Source: Candidatus Thorarchaeota archaeon (GTDB lineage Archaea; Asgardarchaeota; Thorarchaeia; Thorarchaeales; Thorarchaeaceae). From it: a DNA stretch of 64,000 bases. The first letter of the stretch is position 1, and each line of letters starts with the position of its first letter. Below, one piece after another: positions 47,901-57,892 of the stretch. Position numbers and translations under genes: made by a program. Where the stretch lies: assembly GCA_020348985.1 (NCBI GenBank), contig CP070761.1, forward strand, positions 1,075,713 through 1,139,712. The letters are read 5' to 3'. The notes beneath the pieces are model-generated. The model did not search any database, was not told where the DNA came from, and was given only the letters and a program-made list of their open reading frames with translations.

Positions 47901-48045
47901 TGTGAAACCGCGCTGGCACGAATCTATCTTTCTGTCATGAGAGATTTCGGCTGATAATAGTTATGCACGAACTAGTGGAAGACTTCCACAAGACAATGCT
48001 TAAGATGACCGTGAATTGCGCCACACTACTCCGAGTTGAGTAAGG

Positions 48046-48345
48046 TTGTCTTGGTGCGTCATGGTCAAGGGCCCGTGTAGGGGTAAATCATGTGATTTCT
48101 GGGCTCGAGTCAAGATCAGAAAAGTCCCAGTCTTTGAAATGGTTGAAGAAATCAGAAAGTCCTTGGTCAGCGAATCGAATGAGTGTTACCAAACACAAGA
48201 GGAGGCAATCCGCGGATTCTGGCGGTCATTGGGAATTCGTGACATGGATAGACTCAGCCGAGAAGCACCAGAGCTTTATGAGAAGATAAGGAGAGTTGAA
48301 GGTATTCTCCTTAACGAAGACGACTCCTCAACTGACCTAGAGTAG
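48046..48345 (+). CDS. Hypothetical protein with N-terminal Cys cluster
   Basis: WC.MVKGPCRGKSCDFW; CTTAAG promoter-like motif upstream. Confidence 0.6.
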   Translation: MSWCVMVKGPCRGKSCDFWARVKIRKVPVFEMVEEIRKSLVSESNECYQTQEEAIRGFWRSLGIRDMDRLSREAPELYEKIRRVEGILLNEDDSSTDLE

Positions 48346-48368
48346 ATACGCGTTCTATTCAAAGAAGC

Positions 48369-50009
48369 CTAGGAAGGTGCTCCTATCATATTGTCTCGAT
48401 TCAGAAGCCACTTCGAATCAAGCACACCCTTGACCTTCTGCATCTCAGCAATTCCGTCAGTCCCATAAAGAACCTCCAGGAATGCACGTTTCAGCTTCCC
48501 GATTCCATGTTCTGCCGCCACAGTGCCACCCATTTCAACAGCCTTCTTCGCAAACAACATGTAATTCTCCATACCTTGATCAACTTCCGCGGGATTGCGA
48601 GGTATCATGTTGACGTGAAGATGGTTGTCTCCAATGTGTCCCCAGACGACAGTCTCCATGTCTTGTGCCGTGAGAACCTCACGATAGAAGTGAACATAGT
48701 CTCGAAGTGCGTCATCAGGGACTGCCATATCGGTACCAATCTTATGGATTTCAGGATACTGTGCCTTTCGCATGGCTATTGTTGCATTCACCGTCTCCGG
48801 AACGAAATGGCGAACGGTCTTCATTTTCTGAAGCTCGGCTCTGTCTAGACCAGCCCAACTCGACTCTGATGATGAACCATGTTTGTTCAATATCACTTCA
48901 AGACCCATCACCTTGTCCTCCATATCCTCATCCGTGTAAATAAATTCGAAGAAGATGATGGCCTGAGTTTCGTCAGTGAGCGCGGGCACTTTGATTCCTG
49001 ATGTGCTTGCCTTCTCCCTAATCATCCGTATTGCGTTTGGCCCAAAGTACTCGAGAAATTCCATTTCGACTGGCGTATCGTCAGCTCTAATGTCGTAGAC
49101 GAAGTTGATGGCATCATCCTCACTGGGGAAGAAAGCCATAACAGTCATAATATTCTCAGGTAGGGCCATCAGGCCGAGTTCTACCAGAGTAATGACGCCA
49201 AGTATCCCCTCAGAACCAACGAACAAGTCAATGAGATCCATATCGGATTTTGCGTATAGTCCTGCCGCGTTCTTTGTCTTGGGCATACTATAGGTAGGGA
49301 CCGATATCTCGGATTTGGATCCGTCAGTGTACTTAATCTCGAACTTTCCATTATCTGTCTTGACCTTACCTCTTACGATGTCCAAGACTTCTCCGTTCAT
49401 CAATACCACTCTGATTCGACGGACCCAGTCTCGCACTGCACCATACCTAAATGTCCGAGCACCGGATGCATTGCATGCAACTATGCCGCCAAGAAAAGCG
49501 CTCATCTCCGTTGGGTCCACAGGGAAGGTGAAATCCTGAGATTCCGATAAGAACCTCTCTAGTGCTGCTTTCTGTTCTTCACTTCCCTGGTCCGTTATGC
49601 CTTGCAAGTCCTTTGCCATGATCACGTTGACGAATTCTTCCAACAGCATCCCTGGCTCTCCTGCTGCAGAATAGAGACCGTCTCCCTCTGAGTATTCAAG
49701 ATAGAGAAGCTTGTTCATTCTCTCCAGATTCAAGGTGATTCCGCCAAGTGGGACTGCTGCACCTGTAAGTCCCGTGCGACCTCCCTGAATGGTAACTGGA
49801 GTGTCATTCTCATTGGCCTCACGAAGAATGGCGGCCACTTCATCTTCTGTTGTGGGAAAGAAGATCTTCTCTGTTTTGCCATCGTAGGAATGACTCTCAT
49901 CATCTAGATAGAGCGCATAAACGTCCGTGATCTCGTCTTGGTTAGTCACTGCTTTCACCTGGGACAGGTCTGCTTCACCAGGTGCTTGTGCCGCGATCTT
50001 GTTTGTCAT
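48369..50009 (-). CDS. FAD-linked oxidoreductase (GlcD / D-2-hydroxyacid dehydrogenase family)
   Basis: GGRTGLTGAAVP, DP...A.LGG.VA.NASG, GSEG.LG.IT, GHIGDNHLH, AEHGIGK. Confidence 0.92.
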   Translation of the reverse strand: MTNKIAAQAPGEADLSQVKAVTNQDEITDVYALYLDDESHSYDGKTEKIFFPTTEDEVAAILREANENDTPVTIQGGRTGLTGAAVPLGGITLNLERMNKLLYLEYSEGDGLYSAAGEPGMLLEEFVNVIMAKDLQGITDQGSEEQKAALERFLSESQDFTFPVDPTEMSAFLGGIVACNASGARTFRYGAVRDWVRRIRVVLMNGEVLDIVRGKVKTDNGKFEIKYTDGSKSEISVPTYSMPKTKNAAGLYAKSDMDLIDLFVGSEGILGVITLVELGLMALPENIMTVMAFFPSEDDAINFVYDIRADDTPVEMEFLEYFGPNAIRMIREKASTSGIKVPALTDETQAIIFFEFIYTDEDMEDKVMGLEVILNKHGSSSESSWAGLDRAELQKMKTVRHFVPETVNATIAMRKAQYPEIHKIGTDMAVPDDALRDYVHFYREVLTAQDMETVVWGHIGDNHLHVNMIPRNPAEVDQGMENYMLFAKKAVEMGGTVAAEHGIGKLKRAFLEVLYGTDGIAEMQKVKGVLDSKWLLNRDNMIGAPS

Positions 50010-50159
50010 AGACTGTACACCCTTTCTGAACGGTCTGTCCTCAATCTGACCTAAATATCAATCATTGGTTTTGTCACAAGTTCTGTTAGCGAGCCCATAC
50101 ACGAAACCTTCATTGCATTAGGAGAGATTCCTTTTGCTACATTAGATGAGGTAAACTGA

Positions 50160-51059
50160 ATGAGGATTGCCGCGGTCTCAGACATCCACGTTCGGCCGGA
50201 TGGAAGCGATGAGGATCTAATCTCTGGAATCCACGACCGTGCTGTAGAACTCTCCCCAGATGTCTTCGTGATAGCAGGTGACATAAGCGACATGCTGAGC
50301 ACGCTTTCTGAGACTCTCTCGAAACTCAGAATTCCCTCTATTCCAAACCTGTTTGTTCCAGGTAATCATGATGTTTGGTTTGAAGAGGACCAAGGCATTG
50401 GTTCGCTAGACAAGTACTCCAAAGGAATTGGGGAAACATGCAAGGAGAATGGGTTTGTATACCTTCCCGACGAGCCGCATCTATCCGGGAATTTGGCCTT
50501 TGTTGGCTCATTGGGATGGAGCGACTATTCATTCAGAAGAGAAGAGTTGAGTATTCCTGAGGAAGCCTATGAGCAAAAGCAATTCCGCGGTGCAGTATGG
50601 AACGACTTCTTCAACATAGATTGGACTTGGTCTGACAAAGAAGCCGCTGCTCTCTTCAACCAAAAGCTCGAATATGATCTTGGTGCACTAACCGATGATG
50701 TGCGCCACGTCGTTTACGTTTCTCATCATTTGCCTTTCAAGGAGCTGACGCTCTACAAGGATAAACTTCCGTGGGATTTCTTCTCGGCCTACATGGGTTC
50801 TGTCGAAACAGGACGAATCTTGAAGGATGACGGACGAGTGATTCTGACAATATCAGGTCATAGCCACATCAGAAACGTGGTCTCGATAGAAGGGATTACT
50901 GCTATCACTGTGCCCATAGGCTATGGTCGACCCCCCGACAAAGACATGTCAGAATTGGCAGACAAATCTGTTGCAGGAATTGAGATCAACAGCGGCAGTG
51001 TCAAGCTCACAGAATTCGTAGAAGGTGACATATGCGCTGACATGCCATATGTCTTCTAG
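50160..51059 (+). CDS. Calcineurin-like metallophosphoesterase
   Basis: SDIH, AGD, PGNHD, SHH, SGHSH. Confidence 0.92.
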   Translation: MRIAAVSDIHVRPDGSDEDLISGIHDRAVELSPDVFVIAGDISDMLSTLSETLSKLRIPSIPNLFVPGNHDVWFEEDQGIGSLDKYSKGIGETCKENGFVYLPDEPHLSGNLAFVGSLGWSDYSFRREELSIPEEAYEQKQFRGAVWNDFFNIDWTWSDKEAAALFNQKLEYDLGALTDDVRHVVYVSHHLPFKELTLYKDKLPWDFFSAYMGSVETGRILKDDGRVILTISGHSHIRNVVSIEGITAITVPIGYGRPPDKDMSELADKSVAGIEINSGSVKLTEFVEGDICADMPYVF

Positions 51060-51184
51060 ATTGGGCTGTTTGATGACGACACATTAAAGAGTTGGGTCCA
51101 TCATCTGTCCATCGCTACTGTTTGCGATTGAAATCTGAGAAACATGGAAGGGCATGATTGTGTCGCTCAGGTGAAGAATGGAAT

Positions 51185-52618
51185 ATGAACGAGCTAGGCA
51201 TCCCCGTTCTTTTGGTCTTTATTGGAACTTACATCGCAATTTCGAGTGAGAAAGTGAATAGGACCGGAATGGCACTTCTCGGAATGGGAGCAATAGGATT
51301 TGTCTTCTGGGCTGCAATTCTTCTTGGACTACCATCAACTCAGAATTGGGAAATCGGACCATTTGCTGAGATTGTCTTTCATATCGAATGGGATACTGTA
51401 CTCTTCGTCACTTCGATGATGATAATTGTAGCAGTAGCCGCCGCCTCAGGAATGTTCCAGTATATAGCACTGATGCTTGTCAGGCCAAGCAGAGGAGATC
51501 AAAGGTATCTCTTCGTAACCTTTCTTTTGTTTGTTCTAGGCATTTCATTGTTCTTCGATACCGTCTCAACCATGCTAATTATGGCACCACTTACCATAGA
51601 AGTCTGTAAGGCACTGGAGATTGATTTCAAACCGTTTCTCATAGCTGAGTCAATCACGTGTAATTTTGCCTCAATTCCTTCTATTGTTGGTGCAGTTCCG
51701 AATCTTGTCATTGCTACTCAAGTAGAAAGAGAGACTGGACGGTCGATCGTGGGAGAATTGTTCCTGGTCTTTTTGCCCTTAGCCATAATCCTCTTCGTAG
51801 TTTCAACCCCGCTCTTTCTCCGATATTACAAAGTGTCATTTGGAACTACTGATTCGCACAGAATGGAGGTTGTGGCGGAAATAGACCCCTCTTCAATGAT
51901 AACGTCAAGACGAGACTTCTATGCATCTGCGATTGCAATCGTTATTCTTGTTGTGGGCTTCGGATTCGGTCCTGGATTTGGACTGCGCCCACCCGTTGTC
52001 GCTTTGGTCATCGCAGCTTTCTTCCTCATACTATCTCATGATCGTGCCAATGACTTCTTGATGAAGATCGGATGGGACACAGTGTTCTTCCTTGTTGGTC
52101 TCTTTGGTCTCGTAGGAGCGCTCATCATCACTGGCCTGATTGATGACCTGGCGGTATACACTTCTGCTATCATCGGAGACAATCTGACTATTGCGACATC
52201 GTTTATGATTTGGATTCCCGCCATGCTTTCTGCCTTTCTAGACAACCTTCCAGTATCGATGGTCCTGGCACCTATAGCAGTCTTCGAGGGACTTCCAGCC
52301 GCAATAACAGGGATCCTACCATTCGCACTAATCTTTGCCGTAAACATTGGGGGGTATATCTTCACTCCTCTTGGTTCACCAGCTAACATGGTTGCTATGG
52401 GATTCTCTGAGAGAGAGCACAATCCAATATCCTTCATGGAGTTCGCAAAGATAGGTACGATTCTGGGTTTCATTCATTTGGGGCTAGGCACAGGATGGTT
52501 ACTTCTGGTTGGAATGTTCGGGATACTTCCAGTCTTCCTGATTGGCATGGCAATAGCGGTAGTCTTGCTAGCAATATTCATGAGGCCCTTTGTGAAAGCA
52601 TCTTCAGAGCAAGCATGA
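51185..52618 (+). CDS. ArsB/NhaD (SLC13-like) ion transporter, paralog 1
   Basis: SEKVNRT, SGMFQY, DTVST, VG.VPN, SAFLDN.P, GSPAN. Confidence 0.9.
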   Translation: MNELGIPVLLVFIGTYIAISSEKVNRTGMALLGMGAIGFVFWAAILLGLPSTQNWEIGPFAEIVFHIEWDTVLFVTSMMIIVAVAAASGMFQYIALMLVRPSRGDQRYLFVTFLLFVLGISLFFDTVSTMLIMAPLTIEVCKALEIDFKPFLIAESITCNFASIPSIVGAVPNLVIATQVERETGRSIVGELFLVFLPLAIILFVVSTPLFLRYYKVSFGTTDSHRMEVVAEIDPSSMITSRRDFYASAIAIVILVVGFGFGPGFGLRPPVVALVIAAFFLILSHDRANDFLMKIGWDTVFFLVGLFGLVGALIITGLIDDLAVYTSAIIGDNLTIATSFMIWIPAMLSAFLDNLPVSMVLAPIAVFEGLPAAITGILPFALIFAVNIGGYIFTPLGSPANMVAMGFSEREHNPISFMEFAKIGTILGFIHLGLGTGWLLLVGMFGILPVFLIGMAIAVVLLAIFMRPFVKASSEQA

Positions 52619-52693
52619 GCCGAACAAACTAAATCGGTGGTCGAAGAGTGCTGTTCTGGTTTCTCAGTGTTGAGACTTAGGTGATTTGAAAGA

Positions 52694-54052
52694 ATGGAGC
52701 CTGTGACGTTTGCTGTCTTAGTGGTCTTCGTTGGAACCTATATCGCAATCTCATCTGAAAAGGTGAACAGGACTGCCGCGGCGCTGCTAGGAATGGGCCT
52801 CATAGGCGTGGTTCTCGTAGTAACCCGCACAAGTACCTTCAGACATGTTGTTGAGTTGATAGAATGGCATACCGTCTTGTTTGTTACTGCAATGATGGCA
52901 ATCGTGACTATTGCTGCCGGTTCAGGGATGTTCCAGTACTTGGCTATCCAGCTGACACGTCCCTCACATGGACTAACAAAGCGCCTGTTTGTCTATTTCC
53001 TTTCCTTTGTTTTCGTGATATCGATCTTCCTCGATACGACATCCACAATGCTGATCATGGCACCTCTAACCATCGAGGTATGCAAGGCTCTTGAGATTGA
53101 TTTCAAACCATTTCTAATCGCAGAAGCTGTCGTCTGTAATTTCGCATCAATCCCGACAATTGTGGGAGCTGTCCCAAACTTGGTCATCGCCGAAGCAGCA
53201 TCCCTTGATCAAGGATTGCTGTTTGTGTTGATGATGCCTCTCTCAATGCTTCTATTCGGTGTTTCAGTACCAATCTTCCTGTATTTCTTCAATAAGCAAT
53301 TGACTCAAGCAGACACGGACCTAGTTGAAGAATTCTTGCTCATAGATGCCTCATACATGATAAGATCAAGGAGAGACTTCTACCTGTCGGTAATCGGAAT
53401 AGGTGTCCTTGTTGTTGGTTTCACGTTGGGTCATACCATAGGTTTTCAGCCGTCGATGATTGCCATTGTTGTTGCCGCCTTCTTGCTTCTTCTAACAAGA
53501 GAGTGGGTTGATGATGTGTTGAAGAAGATCAACTGGGGAACCGTTTTCTTTTTGATTGGACTTTTCGGACTGGTGGCGGCGCTTCAGATAACTGGCGTAA
53601 TAGTTGCCCTTGGTGATACAATAGAATCAATAATAGGGGCTAACGAAGCATTTGGCGTTCTCTTCATGTGTTGGGTTCCAAGCCTAGTTTCCGCGGTAGT
53701 TGATAACATTCCAATTGCTACAATACTGGCACCAATCGCCACAGGGCTTGCAAGCACAAGTTGGTTACTGCCCTATGTTCTGATATTCGCAGTCAATGTT
53801 GGAGGATTTATTCTGCCCATCGGTGCTCCAGCCAATATACTGGCCATCTCGTTATCAGAGAAGGAGCGGAATCCAATCAGATTCTACGATTTCGCAAGGA
53901 TAGCGACTCCGCTAGGTCTCCTGATGTTGGTTGTGGGAACTGGATGGTTCCTTCTAGTTGGAGTATTCGGAATACTGCCAGTCTTCTTGGCGGGTATTGT
54001 GATTGCCTCGGTTATGTTGGTAGTGTCAATGAGACTCTTCTTGAAAGCATGA
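52694..54052 (+). CDS. ArsB/NhaD (SLC13-like) ion transporter, paralog 2
   Basis: Same motifs as the upstream paralog; SAVVDNIP, GAPAN. Confidence 0.9.
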   Translation: MEPVTFAVLVVFVGTYIAISSEKVNRTAAALLGMGLIGVVLVVTRTSTFRHVVELIEWHTVLFVTAMMAIVTIAAGSGMFQYLAIQLTRPSHGLTKRLFVYFLSFVFVISIFLDTTSTMLIMAPLTIEVCKALEIDFKPFLIAEAVVCNFASIPTIVGAVPNLVIAEAASLDQGLLFVLMMPLSMLLFGVSVPIFLYFFNKQLTQADTDLVEEFLLIDASYMIRSRRDFYLSVIGIGVLVVGFTLGHTIGFQPSMIAIVVAAFLLLLTREWVDDVLKKINWGTVFFLIGLFGLVAALQITGVIVALGDTIESIIGANEAFGVLFMCWVPSLVSAVVDNIPIATILAPIATGLASTSWLLPYVLIFAVNVGGFILPIGAPANILAISLSEKERNPIRFYDFARIATPLGLLMLVVGTGWFLLVGVFGILPVFLAGIVIASVMLVVSMRLFLKA

Positions 54053-54197
54053 ATGAATGCCAACTAGTCAACCGGTCGATGTTGATCACCCAATGCAAAA
54101 CCTCCATAAATCCAAATTATACCTTCTTCAGATCATACATCTGCGGCTTACGAAAACTATGAAATGGGAGTTAATCTGAACCAATACAGACTGTCAA

Positions 54198-54695
54198 ATG
54201 CCTAAGCGCGCTCGATGTCCACATTGTGACAAGCTGTACAACAGAGATCTTTTGGACAGTCACATCAAGCGCTGTAGACAAAGGCGTAGAGTCGAATTAC
54301 GAACGAAGGAACAGGACGGACGGAAGACCGTTGTAGTGGACGGCAATAACGTGGCGCATTATCTCTCAAGTGATGGAGTTCCAAGAGCATCTAATCTAGT
54401 CATAGCACACAGAAGTCTGTCTAATTCTGGGCTCAGTCCAGTCTTCGTTGTATCTGCGGCGCTGAAGCATAGAATAGACAAACCGGCCGCACTAAGTCAG
54501 ATGATTGATGATGGACTGCTCAGAGAGGCCCCTAGAGGAAAAGATGATGACCTCTTCATAATCAGAACTGCTCAAGAGTTGAGAGCTGATATCGTCTCAA
54601 ATGACCGTTTCTTGAAGTATCTGAATCGGTTTCCTTGGTTGCCAGATAGGCTCCTTAGGTATCGGATGACACCAGCAGGTTTGATTCTCATCTAG
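54198..54695 (+). CDS. C2HC zinc finger fused to a Zc3h12a/Regnase-like NYN ribonuclease domain
   Basis: CPHC...HIKRC; VVVDGNNVA, DDDLFI, IVSNDRF. Confidence 0.85.
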   Translation: MPKRARCPHCDKLYNRDLLDSHIKRCRQRRRVELRTKEQDGRKTVVVDGNNVAHYLSSDGVPRASNLVIAHRSLSNSGLSPVFVVSAALKHRIDKPAALSQMIDDGLLREAPRGKDDDLFIIRTAQELRADIVSNDRFLKYLNRFPWLPDRLLRYRMTPAGLILI

Positions 54696-54704
54696 CTTGT
54701 GATT

Positions 54705-55079
54705 CTACCTCTTGAACTGAAGCAGTTCCAATATATTACCAGAGGGGTCTCTAAATGCCATGAAAGTACCAGCTGGAAACTCCTGTGGTCCATCATGAAG
54801 GAACTCAACACCTGAGTCCTTGAGTTTTCTCGAGGTCTTTTCCAGATTCTTGGTCTCAACAGCCAACACAACTTGTGATGATGATGGATAGGTGGCGGGG
54901 TTGGGTTCTTCCGTTTTCTCAATAACCACTGTGGGACCATCATTCTCAAGTGTGACCAAGCACGTCTCATCATACACATAATCAACTTTGAAACCTAGTT
55001 TGTTCACGTAGAAGTCTAGAGATGCCTCCATGTCTGTGACGTAGATTCCAATCACACAGAAACTTGACAGAGTATTCAC
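54705..55079 (-). CDS. VOC/glyoxalase family protein
   Basis: IYVTDMEASLDFY...LGF, FRDPSGNILEL. Confidence 0.9.
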   Translation of the reverse strand: MNTLSSFCVIGIYVTDMEASLDFYVNKLGFKVDYVYDETCLVTLENDGPTVVIEKTEEPNPATYPSSSQVVLAVETKNLEKTSRKLKDSGVEFLHDGPQEFPAGTFMAFRDPSGNILELLQFKR

Positions 55080-55243
55080 CCGAGATGCTCACGCCAATTG
55101 ATGCGTAATAAAACAGGAGATTCAAGCATTTTTCAAACTGCATTGACTGGAAATCCAAGTAGGAAGTGTCATCGCATCAAAAGCGTTAAAATGACACAGA
55201 GATTGCTGACTTAGACTGACACTTTGGTCGATGGTGAACATCA

Positions 55244-57016
55244 ATGTTGGCGAGCGAGCTGAAGAAACTCTACTTGAAGTTCTTCAAAGAGAGAGGACAT
55301 GCTATCATTCCGTCTGCCTCGCTCTTGCCAGAGCACGACCCAACTGTGCTTTTCATATCGGCTGGAATGCATCCTTTGGTTCCCTATCTTCTAGGTCAGC
55401 CCCACCCAATGGGTAACCGATTGGCAGACTGTCAGAAGTGCCTGAGAACAACTGACATCGAAGAGGTAGGTGATGCAACGCACCTGACATTCTTGGAGAT
55501 GTTGGGCAATTGGAGTCTCAATGACTACTGGAAGAAAGAGGCAATCGAGTGGTCCTACGAATTCTTGACATCCAAGAAATGGTTGGGTTTTGACCCAGAG
55601 AAACTCTCTGTCACCGTTTTTGCCGGTGACGAAGATGCCCCCCGCGATGATGAAGCTGCAAAGATATGGAAGAGCTTGGGAATTCCAGAAGAACGAATTT
55701 ACTACCTTCCGAAAGAAGAGAACTGGTGGGGGCCTGCAGGAACAACTGGCCCCTGTGGTCCATGCACTGAGATGTTCATTAGAATTGACGAGCTTCCGTT
55801 GTGTGGTCCTGAGTGCAGACCGGGCTGCAATTGCGGTGCTTGGTTTGAGATATGGAATGACGTCTTCATGTATTATAACAAGACAGCCGAAGGTAGCTAT
55901 GAGCAGCTGGAGCACAGGAATATAGACACGGGTATGGGACTTGAACGCACGGCAGCTATGCTCCAAGGCAAAAAGACTGTCTACGAGATTGAGTTGTTTA
56001 GACCATTGATGGAGAAGATTCGAGAACTCTCAGGAAAGAATGAAGTTACCGAGGAAGAAGACAAGCTTGAGAGAATCATAGCTGACCATGTCAGATCTGC
56101 CATCATGATTATGGCTGACGATGCAAGGATTGCGCCTTCTAATTTGGAGCATGGATACATCGTACGCCGTCTGCTGAGAAAGGCGATTCACATTGGAGAC
56201 AAGCTAGGAATCGGTTCAGGATTCATGCTCCAGCTTGCTGAGATTGTCATCGACATGCATAAGGACGCTTATGAAGAAGTGAAGCGGAACCGGGATTTCA
56301 TATTGGAGAATCTTGAGCTTGAAGAAGCCAAGTTCAGGAAGACTCTTGGAAAGGCCCTGAGGAAGTTCGACAGAATCTTGCAGGAAGCTGGCACTGTGAC
56401 AGGCAAAGACGCGTTCCTGTTGTTCACCAGTTTCGGTCTTCCTCTGGAGATGACAAGAGACCTTGCAGAGGAGAAACGCATCGAGATCAACATGGAAGAA
56501 TTCACGGAGGAGTTCGAGCGTCACAGAGAGATTTCGAGAACTGCGACAGAGTGGAAGTTCAGCGGCGGGTTGGCGGACCATAGCGAAGAGATTACTATGC
56601 TTCACACGGCCACTCATCTCTTGCAGGAGGCTCTTAGAAGAGTCCTCGGAGAAAAAGTGTCCCAGTCTGGCAGTAACATCACGAAAGAGCGCTTGCGATT
56701 CGACTTCACATTCGATAGGAAGCTGACACCTGAAGAGGTGAAAGAAGTTGAGGACCTTGTCAACGGCGTGATTGGGAGGAACCTTGAGGTCACTCAGGAG
56801 TTCATGTCATTGGATGACGCGTTGGCTAGTGGAGCGTTGGCATTCTTCAAGGAGACCTATGGTGATGAGGTCTCGGTATACTATGTGGGCGACTTCAGCA
56901 AGGAAATCTGTGGAGGACCCCATGTTCAAAGAAGTGGTCTACTAGGACGATTTAGAATTGCAAAGCAGAAGAAGATAGGAGCCGGCATAATTCGGATTAG
57001 AGCAGTTCTAGAATGA
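55244..57016 (+). CDS. alaS: Alanine--tRNA ligase, short form without C-Ala domain
   Basis: DPTVLFISAGM, QKCLRT, HLTFLEMLGNWS, GPCGPCTE, IDTGMGLER, HTATH, RFDF, EICGGPHV. Confidence 0.97.
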   Translation: MLASELKKLYLKFFKERGHAIIPSASLLPEHDPTVLFISAGMHPLVPYLLGQPHPMGNRLADCQKCLRTTDIEEVGDATHLTFLEMLGNWSLNDYWKKEAIEWSYEFLTSKKWLGFDPEKLSVTVFAGDEDAPRDDEAAKIWKSLGIPEERIYYLPKEENWWGPAGTTGPCGPCTEMFIRIDELPLCGPECRPGCNCGAWFEIWNDVFMYYNKTAEGSYEQLEHRNIDTGMGLERTAAMLQGKKTVYEIELFRPLMEKIRELSGKNEVTEEEDKLERIIADHVRSAIMIMADDARIAPSNLEHGYIVRRLLRKAIHIGDKLGIGSGFMLQLAEIVIDMHKDAYEEVKRNRDFILENLELEEAKFRKTLGKALRKFDRILQEAGTVTGKDAFLLFTSFGLPLEMTRDLAEEKRIEINMEEFTEEFERHREISRTATEWKFSGGLADHSEEITMLHTATHLLQEALRRVLGEKVSQSGSNITKERLRFDFTFDRKLTPEEVKEVEDLVNGVIGRNLEVTQEFMSLDDALASGALAFFKETYGDEVSVYYVGDFSKEICGGPHVQRSGLLGRFRIAKQKKIGAGIIRIRAVLE

Positions 57017-57288
57017 GCTTGTTTGGTTAGAGAATGCGGCTAGAGTGAGCTGGAAGGGTTACGAAGCTCGCGTGTTGAGTCTAGGATTCGAAGTCTTGAG
57101 TTTGCTTCCGAAAAGAGAAAAAAATCAGGTTGACAGAGAAATGGAGAGGCAACTCCCCATTTCAAGGGCCTAAGCCCGCGAAATCTCATTCCGAAAAGAG
57201 TTAGAAATCATGATCTGCGTTTGAAACATTAAAAAAATGGGCGTGCCAATCGGGGATGATTGGTTGCAGTTACGGAGAGGAGATTCAG

Positions 57289-57732
57289 ATGACCGAAATG
57301 AATAGGTCTTGGAGAAGTGCACCTGTGTTCACAGCAGCAGGGGTCTTACTCATTGTGCAAGCCGTCGTTAGTAACGTGCTCATTTTGATGTTCTTGCCAG
57401 GTAGCTTTAGCATAATGTTTCTTCTTGGGTCCGTATTGGCCTTACTCGCCTTAACGATGTATGTCGGCGCTCAATTGGCTCGCACCTCGCGCATAGCATC
57501 TTTGTGGGGCTTGTTCTGGGGCATCTTGATTATTGTGGTGACGATTGGAATCCATGGTGGTCCATATGGTACACTCTTTGGTCCATACATCTCACCATCG
57601 ATAGAAGCTATGGCTATCCTTCCGGGAATCGCTGGAGGAGTGCTTGGCGTTCTGGCGGCAGTCGTCTCATGGGCTGAGAACACAAGACCATCCACAATGA
57701 AAGCTGAGCCAGTCACCCATCTGACAGGTTGA
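57289..57732 (+). CDS. Hypothetical four-TM membrane protein
   Basis: Hydrophobic helices; GAGGAG upstream of ATG 57289. Confidence 0.65.
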   Translation: MTEMNRSWRSAPVFTAAGVLLIVQAVVSNVLILMFLPGSFSIMFLLGSVLALLALTMYVGAQLARTSRIASLWGLFWGILIIVVTIGIHGGPYGTLFGPYISPSIEAMAILPGIAGGVLGVLAAVVSWAENTRPSTMKAEPVTHLTG

Positions 57733-57823
57733 AATCCCTAAATAAGGACTAGCCCTGGAGCTGGCATCCAATTCATACAGACTTTTCTGTAGACCGAGTT
57801 CGGAAGCTAATATGTCTTATTCA

Positions 57824-57876
57824 ATGTAATACTTTATAAGGACAGATGAAATGGGTATTATGTAATACCATTACAT
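57824..57876 (+). promoter_or_regulatory. TATA box flanked by repeated and inverted ATGTAATAC-type operator motifs
   Basis: ATGTAATAC at 57824 and 57860, TTTATAA at 57833, overlapping palindromes GGTATTA-tg-TAATACC and ATGTAAT-acc-ATTACAT. Confidence 0.65.
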
Positions 57877-57892
57877 GGGGTAGAGCAAAGAA

